A stretch of DNA of 61,525 bases, filler included, from Trypethelium eluteriae (GCA_051942245.1; 3 parts of 3 records of this genome joined end to end with filler, not necessarily neighbours in it), one strand, 5' to 3'. Positions 35,913 to 48,812 are shown, counted from the whole stretch's first letter. Notes: generated by a model not told the origin, from the sequence alone. Made by a program: numbers and translations.

Positions 35913-38900
35913 ATGGAGCCAAAATACTATAACTTACCCGCTCCCGTTCCACGCGTATGGGGACGCGAGGATGACAATCCGCAACTAAGCTTTTCTCCAG
36001 CGCTTCGTCGTCATCATGAACGGACATCGCAATATTCCGGTACAAGTACCGTGGAGGGTCTCGTCCATGTCAGCTTTAACCATGTCAGCCGGAATGCGTG
36101 CAGAGGGATTAGCAACGGCCGTCGACTGCGATAATAATAAGGTTCTACTTCCTGTACCACCTCCGAAAAAGCGCACCGGCTCTCCCTCAAGGTCGGCCGT
36201 CCCCAACTTCTCGAGACCGAGTCTTGCCAAAAAGTTAAATCTGGAGATGCCGGTCGTCGAAACACATCCTGCCAAGAAGCAGAGGCATCAGATCTCAATG
36301 CCCACCATGCGGAACCCCTGCAGAGCTGCAAACGTAAGGAGGTGGGACGGAAGCACCAGAACTTATAGTGATTGGGACGGTCTCCGCAGAGTAGGCACTC
36401 CATAACTTCTTCATAGCTATCAGGACTAAGCTAATTGCCACAATTAGGATGATGAGTTGTGGTTTCCCAATGGAGACTGCCTGGTGCATTTCTATAGCAA
36501 GGGTCATTCTCGAAGGGGTCCCTCTCTCCGTGTTCCCTTTGATTCTCTCAAACAAGCGCAGTGTGCTCCATTATTCGACCTCTGTCTTGCAAAATTGATC
36601 CCAGAACCAAACATAGATTCTCCTGTTCAATCTTGCAGAAGTAATCGAAGTGGCTCCAACTCAACATACTCCTCGAGCTCCAATGGTGCAAAATACGAGC
36701 TCTACATTCCTTGCCCCGAAGATACGCCAAGGGAGGAGGCGTTTGCCTATCATCTCACTACACGCAATTTCTTTGCGTGGATGTTTGGCAAGCCTCTCGT
36801 AGGGAGTCGTCTGGGCAAGTCGCTGGTCGATTTACTGGAACGGATGACACTGTTCCGAGACGAAGAAGTCGACAACGTGGAAGATTTCACGACCTATCTG
36901 GAGGCTAGTGGATACCTCGACTTTGGAAACTGCCCAGACTATGCGCTATCCACCCTCTCATTTGCGGAGCACTTCCGGTTGCGAGATCTCTGGATCGATG
37001 CTTTTGCGCATTGTGTGGGTATGAACGAAAATCTCTGCTTCAGCCCCGAATTTGGAGCGATATCAAGGGTGACCAAGGCTCTCATCACGCGAGCATACCT
37101 TGAGATGGACTTGCATATCGGTCGCGCCTCTCGTGGTGTAACCAACTTCCTCGAAGATGACCTTTCCTCCTCCTATCTTGGATTGGCTGAAGGTGCTCGC
37201 ATTCATCTTGACCGATTTCGCTCTTTCCTTCACTCCTACTATGTCAACAAGTTCGGGTACTGGCCGCCCCCGCAAGGATCGGCATTCCCGAAGTCTCTCT
37301 ATCTTTCAATGTACCACGAGTTTAGCAAACTTTACAGCTACCTCGCAGACACTGAAAATGTCGACATCATCCAAAAAGCTGCCTCTGGTGGCATCTGCGT
37401 GCTACAAAATGTGGAAGCTTTTGATGGTCGGCACAAGTATGACCCGCTTCCCTATCAGCTACCACTGTTGCCCGAGTGTCAATCCCCGGAGAAGCGAACT
37501 CAGCCCCAGAAGGGCCTTCGTGCTCGTAGGATAAGTTACAGGAGCTCGAAGAAAGACCCCAAAGTCGATGCTCAGGCTGCTCTTGCTGGAGCTACGAACT
37601 CTGGAGACCCATCACTAATATCCTGCCCACTTGTGCAGGAGTATGCTCAATTTGAGCGTGAATTGAGCCTATCACCGGAAGAGAAGGTATCGATTGCGGA
37701 TGCTCGAAAGGTTCGATGGTTACTCATTTATGGTGTTGTGCAAATGCTCATCTCCGTCACTCGAGCTCCTCCAGAGGTTCGAGACACTGAAGGCCCAAAT
37801 TACCCGCTGTGCTGCTTGATGGCAGGCACTCCATCATGGGCATTTAGCTCAGGGTCGCCGCTGGCTTCACCAGTGGAGTCACCAAAGGCATCTTCCTCCT
37901 CTTCCGTAGACCAGTCGGATGGGCCCGAGGAATCGGAGGCACGACCGACGTCTCAGATCTCCATTCATCCGGATTGCGAGACTGATAATTATTTTGCCAA
38001 CATTCCATTTAATCGCCGGGCAGACACTGATCCTGCTTGTGTCCCTCAGCCTCTCCGCCCTCTACATGGCCGCACAACCACAAGTATCAGTGCTCCTGTT
38101 GTCCGTACATCATCCATTAGAAAAAATCTCCACCTTCCCAAACGCTTTAGCCAAAGACGCGCCAACTCTATCAAAGCACCAATTCCTGTTCGACCAAGCC
38201 AATTTTGTGAAATTCTCGTGCACGGATACGGCAATGGGCTCAACAAAGCCAGCATCGACATCGCTGACCAGACCGATATCGACATCAACGAACCCGAACG
38301 ATCCGACACCCCCACCTCTGCTCCATTCTCAAAACTCGACACTTCTCCTATCAAATCCCCGCAAACTCCCAAAGCACTCTCCACTCCTCACCTAGCACCT
38401 AAAACGCCATCCTTCCCCACTCAAGCCCGCGAAGCCCGCACCCCAATCCTCAATCCCACCCAACTCGACCTCGTCCCGGTCGACCCGCTTCCCACCAGCA
38501 GCACCACCTCGCTCAGCACCTCACTCAGCATCCCGCTCTCCTGGGCGCAAGAAGCCGAGTCCCTCTCGCCCACCTCACCTTCCTCCTCCACCCTCAGCAT
38601 CTCCATCTACGACATCGCCGCCGCCACCGCCGCCGGCCGAATCCCGGCGCTGTCCCCGCCCTCGTCCGCCTCCTCGAATTACAGCCGCGACTCCGTGCAC
38701 GCCGATAGCGATGGGGGCTGGTCTGGTAGCGTTGCCGGCGAGGAGAGCGAGGTCGGGTCGGGATCGAGTTCGACGGCGCCGTCGAGTGCGAGGGCGAGCG
38801 TGCGAATGGGTTTGCATAGTCGAGTGGGGAGTTTGGGGGATGGGCTGGGTGGAGAGGAGGGAAAGAGGGAGGCGAAGGGGAGGGAGAGCGAGAAGGGCAG

Positions 38901-39120
38901 TGGTGGTCGTGATGATGCGCTTTCGTTGGGTAAGTTTGCAAAGATGTTGGCTACGGAGGAGGAGAGCGAGTGTGGGGATAGTGTGCGTAGGCTTGATTTG
39001 GGGGGGAAGGAGATGAAGGAGGTGGATTCGATGGAGAGTTTGAGGGCGAAGTATATGGATATGGAGCTTTTCGATGCGTTGATGCCGGTGCTTGGAGATG
39101 AGAGCGCGGTTGAGGGGTGA
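35913..39120 (+). CDS. Conserved fungal protein of unknown function (DUF8004-like); 5' end uncertain
   Basis: RRWDGSTRTYSDWDGLRR|DDELWFPNGDCLVHFYSKGHSRRGPSLRVP (intron 36391-36447), YHLTTRNFFAW, LWIDAFAHCVGM, HLDRFRSFLHSYY..KFGYWPP, GGICVLQNV, ADARKVRWLLIY. A possible first exon 35913-35954 (MEPKYYNLPAPVPR) is spliced via intron 35955-36000. Confidence 0.8.
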
Positions 39121-39707
39121 AAAGTAATTGGAACTATTAGGAATATACCCATAGGTGGACTCTTGGCCTCTCTTTGTCACGATTTCCCTTAGTTTCCCTT
39201 TTTCCCCACAGATGGATCTTAGCAAATTTGCTTGGCCACATTTGTCAAGGCGGCAATTCTCTACACGAATGACATATTCATTGAGTATATGTCTTGCGGC
39301 TAATGTCTACTCTGTGAGAATCACGAACCTCAAGGCGTTCGGAGTGAGATGAAGTCTAGAACGGAGTGATCCAAACCGATATCCAGCTAGAATGGCAATT
39401 TAATTCAAATAAAGTCAAACTTTCAGTGATGACTTCTATATAGCGACTGACGAAAACCAAATAATTGCATAAGTCCGGAGCTCGTATATCCTAAGTGGCG
39501 ATTTGTTTGTAGATTTCCATTTTCGCAACTCCCCACGCCACGTCCGGCTATTCGCGCTTTCACATGTGAACGCATCCTCATCCCTCTACTCTGGTTCCAC
39601 CCTCTCGTTCATTTTCTATACGACCCTCCCTCGACCCGATCACAACTGTACTCGTGCAGTGAGATACAATGCAAGTGAACCGGTAATATCTAGATGTTCT
39701 GCCTACA

Positions 39708-41030
39708 ATGGCAGCACAATCCACACTTCGTCACCCCACTGACCCTCTTCTCGCCCTCTACGTTCGCTACCTCGACATCATTCGATTAAAGGCACGGCAA
39801 ACCTCCCGCACGACGCGTCTCGTTGCTGCCCTTTCTCTTACGCTCTCTATAGTCGTCAGTGGCTATGGCGCGAACCGATGGTGGCGGAAGAAACGCGCCG
39901 AGGAAAACACTGCTAGGAGATTGATGCGCAGGAACTCTGGCATCAGAGGAAAAGACGGATCTCGCACAATCTACGTTCCATACAAAAATTCGACATCTGC
40001 TGTCACGATCCATCCCACAAAGCCTACCACTTTTGATGCCCACAGGAGGTTATTCTTGCAACCCCCACGGGCTTCAGGCCTTAGCGATGGACAGACTCCG
40101 GGGGTACCTCCACCACAGACGAAACCGGGACTGAATCTTGCGTTCCTACACCAATTTTTGAGTCTATTGAACATAATGGTACCGAGATGGACATCCAAGG
40201 AAACCGGACTGCTCCTCTCACACAGTGCGTTCCTCCTCCTAAGAACGTACCTCTCCCTTGTCGTTGCCAGACTAGACGGTGAAATAGTCCGAGATCTAGT
40301 TGCTGGAAATGGCAGGCTGTTTCTTTGGGGTATAACCAAGTGGTGTGGGATCGGTAGCGTCGCCTCTTATGTCAATGCTATGATCAAATTCCTCCAGTCC
40401 AAGATCTCAATCGCTTTCCGGACACGCCTTACACGCTACATTCATGACCTATACCTTAATGATAATCTCAACTACTACAAACTCCTGAACTTGGACGGTG
40501 GAGTTGGTGAAGGAGCAGATCAATTTATCACCCAAGATCTAACGCTCTTCTGCGCCTCTGCAGCGTCTCTGTACTCTTCCCTTGGCAAACCACTCGTTGA
40601 TCTCTGCGTCTTCAACTACCAACTTTTTCGTTCTCTTGGACCCCTTGCTCTTAGTGGTCTCTTGGCCAATTACTTCCTCACCGCTACCATCCTCCGCCGA
40701 CTCTCACCACCATTTGGAAAACTCAAAGCCGTCGAGGGGCGCAAAGAAGGAGAATTCCGCGCCCTACATTCGCGTCTCATCGCCAATGCCGAAGAAGTCG
40801 CCTTCTACGGCGGCGACCAAATGGAGAAGGTATTCCTAGACAAAGGATTCAAGGAACTGAAGCATTGGATGGAAGGAATCTACAGCCTCAAGATCCGGTA
40901 CAACATGCTCGAAGACTTCGTCCTCAAATACTCATGGTCCGCCTTCGGCTACCTCATCACCTCCCTCCCCGTCTTCCTCCCCGCCTGGGGCGGTCTCGGC
41001 GGCATCTCCGAACTCGCCGACTCCTGTCTC
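39708..41030 (+). CDS. PXA1: Peroxisomal long-chain fatty acyl-CoA ABC half-transporter (ABCD), N-terminal membrane domain; truncated by the gap
   Basis: KPGLNLAFLHQF, RTYLSLVVARLDGEIVRDLVAG, NAMIKFLQSKISIAFRTRLTRYIHDLYL, ADQFITQD, SSLGKP, and the EAA motif EGEFRALHSRLIANAEEVAFYGG. PXA1 versus PXA2 is assigned from the recalled N-terminus. Confidence 0.88.
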
Positions 41031-41130
41031 NNNNNNNNNNNNNNNNNNNNNNNNNNNNNNNNNNNNNNNNNNNNTTAATTAATTAANNNNNNNNNNNNNN
41101 NNNNNNNNNNNNNNNNNNNNNNNNNNNNNN
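41031..41130. other. Artificial scaffolding linker / assembly gap
   Basis: N44-TTAATTAATTAA-N44, 100 bp. Confidence 0.97.
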
Positions 41131-41209
41131 GTTGGAGAGAGAGAGAGAGGTTAGTCAGTCGGTCAGGGAGCTTTTGGGTTTGGATGGGGGTGGAGTTGAT
41201 GGGTCGTAC

Positions 41210-41502
41210 GATTTGTCTTTCAGGGTGTCAGGGAGCCAACCGTGCTCGGGGGGTGGAAGTGGTGGTGCTTCCGTATGTCCGGCTTGGAGATGGGCTTGGC
41301 CTGGCTGCATTGCATACGCTTCGGCATTGGGCTCATGGTATTGCTGCGTTATCTGGCCGGGTGGAGGAGGGGGAAGCGGTGGACCGGATAGAGGAGTTCC
41401 ATGGCCGCTGGAGTGCGCTGATGGTTTTGGAGGTGGTGGAGGCGGAGGAGCTGGAAGGTCATAGGTAGACTGTGGTCTCGAGTGCTGTGGTGTCTGCGAC
41501 AT
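41210..41502 (-). CDS. First exon of a VPS37/Mod(r)-like ESCRT-I protein; the remainder is lost in the gap
   Basis: MSQTPQ...PPPPPPPKPSAHSSGHGTPLSGPPLPPPPP...EHGWLPDTLKDKS then GTACGA donor and CTAAC branch with a (CT)n tract running into the gap. PPPPPKP..GTP and WLPxxLKDKS match my recollection of filamentous-fungal Vps37 N-termini. Confidence 0.6.
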
Positions 41503-42098
41503 GAATGCAGCGGGGTTTGAGAGCAGAAGTAGCAAAAGATTGCATGGCCAGGGTCACTACGGATGCGGGGGAGGTTGATCAAGGCATATCCTCGACATGT
41601 TTAGTAGGGTAGGGCACCCATGAACCTCTCGGGAGGGGTTTGGCGCTATATTCATTGGCATGAACAGTCCAGTGCGGTAAGAGACGAGAAGATTCGGAGA
41701 AGTCGCAGTTGGAGTTTCACTCTATCAACAGAAGAGGACAGTAAGATTTCAACATATTGGGAGTCTTCTCCATAGCATCACCAAGGCTAAGAGCTTGCGG
41801 CGGAACGTCTTACTGCTATTGCGCTATCTAACTTGACATATCAAGGCACTCGAAAACCATCGCTGCTACGATGTTCAAAGGGTTGTGGAAATACAGAGAC
41901 ACCACCACCGTCGAGGCCTGTTACTCGGTAATACAGTCATTGGTCTGCAAAGCGCGATTGTGGTTGAAAGCCGCTGCATGTGGCCCGTCATCCCCGGCCC
42001 GTCCCGAAACGAGCGAGTCTTCTTGCAGAATTTCGAGCAAGGTTCTCAACCTCGACTCTACCTGACTGTTAAGCTACACCACTGTCGTATCTTTCGCA

Positions 42099-42588
42099 AT
42101 GTCGTTCGGAGGCCCAGGAGGCGGCCAAGTTGTCGCCAAGCCGATTCCGTACGTGAGGCCTCGCACTTTCCCATGCCATCTTCCCTGCCATTTCGATAGG
42201 CAAACTTAAGTCTAATTCACGTCGTAGACCTGAGCGAGGCTCCTTCCCTCTTGATCACTTTGGCGAATGCAAAGACATCATGCAATCCTATCTTCGCTGC
42301 CTACGGGCGTATCGCGGCACCAACGATCAGGAGTGCCGAATGCTGAGCAAACAATACTTGCAATGCAGAATGGACAGGTAAGATGCGGCTCCTTTGCCTG
42401 TTGAGCATTTCGGGGCAACACGAATTGGACCATAGCAATCTAAGGGGCGCTGACAAATTGATCCTCGATGTAGGAACCTGATGGCACCTGACGAAATGAA
42501 GAACCTCGGCTATGCGGACGATAGCAAGGCCTCCAAAGGATCGGCTGGCAACGATGGCAACCACCCCAATTTGAACACGAAGTCTTGA
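42099..42588 (+). CDS. COX19: Cytochrome c oxidase assembly protein COX19 (twin CX9C); exons 42099-42148, 42228-42377 and 42474-42588
   Basis: Spliced MSFGGPGGGQVVAKPIPPERGSFPLDHFGECKDIMQSYLRCLRAYRGTNDQECRMLSKQYLQCRMDRNLMAPDEMKNLGY...; PPERGSFPLDH signature and two CX9C motifs. Absent from the ORF track. Confidence 0.95.
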
Positions 42589-43881
42589 GAGTCATATTGG
42601 GATCCATGACACGCTGGAAGGAGGCCGCACTGGAGGAAACGGCGAAGGATCATTATAGTTGCTTCAGCCCCCCCACTACGCGAGTCAGGAGAGGCAACGA
42701 GGCAGCTTTGCAGGATGAGAAGGGGGGGAGGAGGGGAAGGATAGAAGAGGCACATCTGAGTCACGGGAAGGCGCGCCGGGCAACCACACTCGTGATTCTG
42801 CCGCGCAACGTACGCGTGTTCCCTTGATAAGAGCCCAGCTGTACGGATCCGTATAGGAACATTTAGGTACATACTTAGGCAGTCGACGCGTTTGGCGTCG
42901 GGCGATGGAGAAGAACCACGGTTTTAGTTGAGTCATGTCGAGAGGGTGTGGAGGAGGAAGGATTGTGGAAGGCTTTAGCTTGTGTGTCCATAGTGGGGCG
43001 CTCTGATAATTGTTTTCGGTACTCAAAAGCCATTCCTCCGTATAGGGTGGTTATTCAGGCATCTCTAAGGCCCTCTATTGCTCCGCACATCTGTGCTGTG
43101 GCACCGCATCCCAGCATCTGTTTCATGGATATGTGTGCCACAGAGCGATTGACGTTACCTATTTGTTGCCTCGTGGTGGGTATCACAAACAGCTTTCAAC
43201 ATCACCAAATTAGCGATAGCTTACGGTCGCGATTATACTGTAATATGAATGCAAGCGTTGATATTAATGTAATAAATAACCTTCCAATAAGATCCTTCAG
43301 CCACCGTGTTCAGTTGATCCTGCAACATGAACGAAAAGTAAATCTCAGCAAACATGTAGCGGACGAGAAAGGTCATGAACCCGGATGGCAATGTGATGTT
43401 CTGAATGTTTGTTAGACCCTTGCTGTGCAGAAAGATGCGACCACTGAGAGTGACCGAGTGATATCTGCCAGCGGCCATCCATCCATTCACATGCATCAAA
43501 GGGGAATAAACAATCTGTGCAAGAAAGTGAAGACAACATGCAAGAGAATAGAAATTGTAAAATCAGTCAGGTCTCGGCCCAGAGACACACCTCCCACACC
43601 ATCATCTAATTGGCCCCCAAAACGCCGCCTGGATCGGAGTCAATAAAGAAATGGGAAACACCTCATCGCCGACCCGTATGCTCCGAACGGCCATTCATAT
43701 GGTAACGAGAGTGGTATCAAGAAATCAAACTCAATTACGAAATGGATATCAACGTCCACCAACGCCAGCGAACCGTGCCAGATGTGCAGGCCGCAAGTTC
43801 TTCCACCATACGGTGGTGAAGGCACGCAGATATCAACTCCCAGGAGAAGGCGGTCAGGCGAGGTAGGATTATTGCCGGAAC

Positions 43882-45504
43882 TTACTGCAAATCCATGCCG
43901 TACTCATCTTCTTCCTTGAAGGTAATGTCGCTGCCCTGCTGATTGGCCCAGAATTGCGCGTCAGCACTGTTTGCTGCGGTCTGGAAGTTCGGGCTCAGAC
44001 TTTGCGGTGAAATCGGCAGGCTATCTCCTGCAAGATTGGTGTGTCGAGGCACCCGTAGGCCGGTGCCGTTTGCCCGCGAGTAGTAGAAGTTGTCTGGTTC
44101 GCTCTTGCTCAGCGCCAGCTCCAGTTCCGTGAGCATACGCTTTTCCTCTTCAGACTCCTCACGATCCCATGTGCCGCCAAGAGTGGAGACCTGGGCCTTC
44201 AGCTGATCCTGTTCGTGCAACTTCTCCCGTAGTAGCCACATTAAGTCTCTGGTCCAGCTCACCGCACCGCTGAGGATGTCGCCCTTGTTTGGCCCCTTGT
44301 CTTTATCTTCCAACGGCAACCCTTGCGTAATGCTACCCGCGGCACGGCGCGCGCCACCACCAGCGAGTAGCGATGTTGCTGCTGGAGGGCTCACGCCGGT
44401 TGCGGTGATGGATGGTGACAAGGGTGAGTTGTTCATGAGATGCTTGCGAACTTTGTCGTCCTCAAGGCGGTGTTGAGGCACAAGACTGGCAAGCTCTTGG
44501 ATGCGTTCATTAATGTTGTCTCGCCGGCGCCGCTCTACCAAGTTGTGCGAGTCACGGCGCTTTTTCTTCTTCGCTTCCTGAGATTGCAGGCCTGGCACGG
44601 TGCCAACTTTCGCGGGAAGAGACTGATGTTTTCCAGATTTGAGGACCTCTGAGATCTGCGGATGCATTGGCCCGCTTGTAGGAGATGACAGGGGAGAATC
44701 GAGACCCAAAGAATGAGCACTGCCAGACGCGCTGTCCCATTGTCCCGAAAGGCTCTTTTGATGGCGATGAGATATCTGGGAGCCTTGGATTGGTTGTCCT
44801 GGGAAGCTACCTGTTTCAGGAGTGCCAAGTTGGAAGCCGTTGATCGCAGGTGTGCGAGGACTTCGTGAATCGGACGCTTGCCGGCCCATTTGATGGACGT
44901 GAGGTCGCATCCTGGAGGTCATGTCCATCGCCGCGTTTGAAAAAGCACCAGGCATCTGGCCATAATTTGGCTGAGATCCTATGGATGATCGGAACTGGTT
45001 GTAGTTGAACTCGTTGACGAACGGAGATTGAATGGGTGCTCCATCGGGAGTATTCGAGTACATTTGGCTCTGCTGCGGTGCCATAGAAACTGGACCGCCG
45101 TTGATGGACTCGCTGAAATAACCGTGGTTGGAGTTGTTACCTTGGATAACAGTCATCTGGTCGCCATAGCCGTGCTTTTGACCTGAGAAGCCTTGCGTGC
45201 CGTTCGTATCGTCCAAATTTCCAAGGTCGACAAGTTCGTCATCCGCTATGCCTGAGTGGCCCATGGCAAAGCTTGATGACATATTATTTTGTGAGCCGAA
45301 AGGGTGCTGCTGCATGTAACTGCTGCTCACGTTAAGGTCGGAGGGGTTGACATTTGATATGTCGCCGTGAGCGCCACCGAACTGGTGACCAAATTGGTTG
45401 TGCATGTTGTAGTTCGTTGATGAGGTCATGACCGTATTGGGACCGTACTGGAAATCGTCTGGTTCGTTTTTGATGAATGGAGACGGAGATTCGGCACTGG
45501 CCAT
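43882..45504 (-). CDS. bHLH(-zipper) transcription factor, Rtg3/MiT-like type
   Basis: KKKKRRDSHNLVERRRRDNINERIQELASLVP...PNKGDILSGAVSWTRDLMWLL. Basic region H-E-R is E-box class B and lacks the SREBP tyrosine. N-terminal FIKNEPDD; C-terminal FKEEDEYGMDL. Confidence 0.88.
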   Translation of the reverse strand: MASAESPSPFIKNEPDDFQYGPNTVMTSSTNYNMHNQFGHQFGGAHGDISNVNPSDLNVSSSYMQQHPFGSQNNMSSSFAMGHSGIADDELVDLGNLDDTNGTQGFSGQKHGYGDQMTVIQGNNSNHGYFSESINGGPVSMAPQQSQMYSNTPDGAPIQSPFVNEFNYNQFRSSIGSQPNYGQMPGAFSNAAMDMTSRMRPHVHQMGRQASDSRSPRTPAINGFQLGTPETGSFPGQPIQGSQISHRHQKSLSGQWDSASGSAHSLGLDSPLSSPTSGPMHPQISEVLKSGKHQSLPAKVGTVPGLQSQEAKKKKRRDSHNLVERRRRDNINERIQELASLVPQHRLEDDKVRKHLMNNSPLSPSITATGVSPPAATSLLAGGGARRAAGSITQGLPLEDKDKGPNKGDILSGAVSWTRDLMWLLREKLHEQDQLKAQVSTLGGTWDREESEEEKRMLTELELALSKSEPDNFYYSRANGTGLRVPRHTNLAGDSLPISPQSLSPNFQTAANSADAQFWANQQGSDITFKEEDEYGMDLQ

Positions 45505-45737
45505 AACAGGGCTAAATGCCAAAAGATCGTCGTGATCGTTGTGCTTGATGAGACTATCGCTGGCGGGTGTTTGATACTATGGGACGAAAGAAGCAATGTT
45601 AGTATTTGATATCGGTCATGGCTGAAGGAATGCCATTTATATAGCTGTGAACGATTGACCGAGAAATGGCAAGTGAGAATAATGATCATCGGGACAATAG
45701 AGCTGAGAGACAGTGTGAGAGGCAGCTTTGAGCACAG

Positions 45738-45751
45738 ACACACACACACAC
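45738..45751. repeat. (AC)n microsatellite
   Basis: acacacacacacac run in the putative 5'-UTR intron of the bHLH gene. Confidence 0.6.
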
Positions 45752-48700
45752 TCCTCACATGTGTTTGCTCAACGCAACCCGGAGGGATTTCTCGATCTAA
45801 GGCTGACCGCAAGATGCTCAAGGTATTGCAGGTCCAAAAGGAGCGAGACTTACAGATAAAGGTCATCACGAGTTAATCAATGTTATCGCAAAAATCAGCT
45901 TCACCAGTATCGCTGTGTCGCAATGCTAGAAGCAAACGGCGGATTGTATGGACTTCCTTGGGTAGGTGAGGCCACGAGGAGGGATTAGAGATAAGTAGTA
46001 TCGCATGCGCTCATGCAAGAGGGAAGTTTGCCGTCAATCTGCGAAAACTCGGTCAGTATATTGCATGCCATTCAGTCTAGCCCGCTCGAAAAGACTTCGC
46101 AGGGGGCAAATATCAGTGGAGTAGCAAGAGAGACGTCCGAAGAAAAGGCTTCTACTGACCCTCTAGAAGTCTCGGAGGAGATATGGGGGTAAGGATGACT
46201 AGCTATGCAGTGTTCCGTCGAACGAGCTGTCAGTGGTGCTCGACTATAGTGCGCCCGTTGTATTCGTCTTGGGGTGTGTGTGATCAAGCGCTCTTTGTGG
46301 ATGAGTCGGCAATGCACCGCTCTATAGCAATTGTATGGAAAAAGGCAAAGCCCTGCAGAGAGGCCTATAAATGCGTCTAGAATAATTCTGGGTCAGTGAA
46401 CGTTGCTATTAACAGTGCCCTCCTTGAGGGGCAAGAGAAACAATAGTCAAAGGTTTCGGAGCTGGCCAGCCTCACTCCTAGGTTCCGTAGAGACGGCTTG
46501 ACTAGGACTTCCTATTCTTGACGCTCCTGGGCTAGTTTCAAGCATGCGGAGTGTTGCTTGTAACAGTCAACCACACAGAGGATGCGTGAGACAGTCGCAA
46601 CTGCCCCTTTGGCACCAGCACAAAGATGTATGGCTGGCCTCGGGTGCGATCAAGGGAAACTCAGACAAGCCTTTCTGCTGGGAACGTGGGCGTGTCCGGC
46701 GGATTGAGAATGTGGGAAAGACTCACCTAGTTGGTCGAGACAAGCAAGCAGCCGATGTTGTGGCGGTCGAGTTTTTTGGTCGGTCCAATGCGTAGTGCGG
46801 TGAAGGCGGGCAGCAAACGAGGTGGAGATTCTTTTGCTGGTGGGGCTTCCCGGAGGCCGGCGGCGCTCCCAGTCGAGGCAAGAACGCGGTCTCAGCTATC
46901 CGGGTAAAGAGCGGCGCCGGGACAAAGAGACAGTGTAGAGAGTCGCGACAGGAGGGGTTGCTGCGTGGTACAGACAGTCTTCGCCGCGGGGATAGTGGCG
47001 GTTGATGGCGGATCGTGCGCCGATGCAGGCCGAAATGTAGATCCGTCTGCAGTTGGTCAAGGACGGTGCGTCTGGTCGAGGTCGAGGCCGAGGCCCAGTC
47101 GCGGCGGATTGCTGCTAGAGCCGGCTGCAAGAGAGATCAATGGCAGCGGAGAGAGGAAGGTAGTAGTGGTGGTAGAGAACAGATTGAGGCCAGGCGAAGG
47201 TTGCGTGAGTTTCTTTTCCTGATGGGATTGCTGTTTCGCGACAAGCGCTCTACTCACCGCCAAGGCGGGCAGAGAGGGATTAGAGAGGGATGGCGAATCG
47301 GTACCGGTAGCGAGCCAAGCGTGGCCAAGGCCGAGTCCGCGCGCGGGCTCGCCGAATCAGCGCTGTCAGGACGACCTCGAAGGCGTCTTACTTCCAACTG
47401 CAACTGTCGGTGCTTTGGGATGGTTTTGCTGACCTCGTCCAGTAGGGGCGGTCGTGACGGTTGCTGACGTCTCCACTTCGATCTATCGACGGATCTCGCG
47501 GCGGATAAGGCTGAAGGCAATGCTCGGGGTGCAGCAGTAGACTCGTTGTATGGTTGCTGTTCAGTGTGTTGAAAGTTGGCAAGGGGGACAGTGAAAGAAG
47601 TGATGCAGTACGGTTTATGTTTGCCAGAGTCAAAATCTCGAAATCACAGATCAGCACTTCGCTCCTCACTTCGGGCGAGTGCGGGCTACGCCTTCTTTAT
47701 TATCTGCGGAGCTGCACGCCAGAGAGGGCGACGATGATCACGAAGCCGCACTTATGATTCTGACTGTGTGCCTACCCTCGCAAAAGTGGTGTCCTGGCAG
47801 TCCTGTGCCCTGCCATCTCTTCCAAGTCTCAGTCCGGATGCATACCCGACTGCCCGGATCTCTTCTCTCCCATCCCCTGCGTGACTCATGGATTTATTGT
47901 GACGGGAATCCAAGGCTGTCATCTGTTGCTTGTCTCTGCTCGCCCGTTTGCCCACCTCTTGCTGGGTAGCGGCCCCCTGATGGGTACCTGCGCGAGGCGT
48001 AGAGCTGCGCCCTGGCCCAGGTACCCTTTACACGCGTGAAGGAGCTGCTAGTCACGCCAAGTACTGGCCCTCCTCGTTTGTCGTAAGCGGCGGTTCTTTG
48101 GGCGTGCAGCAGCCACACCCGCCCAGTCGAGAGGCCTGCTCGAGCAATGATCTGCGCCTCCCACTCATTCCAGCACCCCAGCTGTACTCGTCTCCGGAGG
48201 TAGTAAGCTACCCAAACCACCCTCCTCACCACCATCCCCCCCCCTTTACGCACTAGTTATCCCAGGCCCTCATTCACGCATGTGGAGCGCTAATCCCATC
48301 GTTGCCACCATCAGCCAAAGTACCTTTTCGGCCTGCCGGTCTGTGTATGAATGGCTCTATTGCGGCTAAGAGATGGACGGTCTTGACTGACACCTTTAGA
48401 ACTTTCGTCCATATTCGACGCGTCAGTCCGCGCGACCTAATCACAAGCCTCGCTGCCAACCCTTCCTCTACAGGGCCTCCTCAGACATCCTGTCATTGGG
48501 TCTCTCCGGCTTAGTCCGTTGGAACGGCGCTTTTCTATCCTCCATTCCTGCGCAGCGAAGATCATCTGCACGAAATCTTCCTTCCGCGCCCGCCGCGCTG
48601 CAGACGTCGACCCACCTTCTCCAGACCCCCCTCGTCACCTATCGATCCCATCTTGGCCGAGATATCTATCGCGTCTGCTGCCAAGCATTGTTTCGAACAC

Positions 48701-48812
48701 AGATAAACAAATACAGCCAGGGTCCAACCGTCGATTGCTGTAGTGGTGTCCCCGTTCGGCACAGACGGCTGTACCACTCGAATTCTGTACATTTGCCATC
48801 CCTGACACGAGA

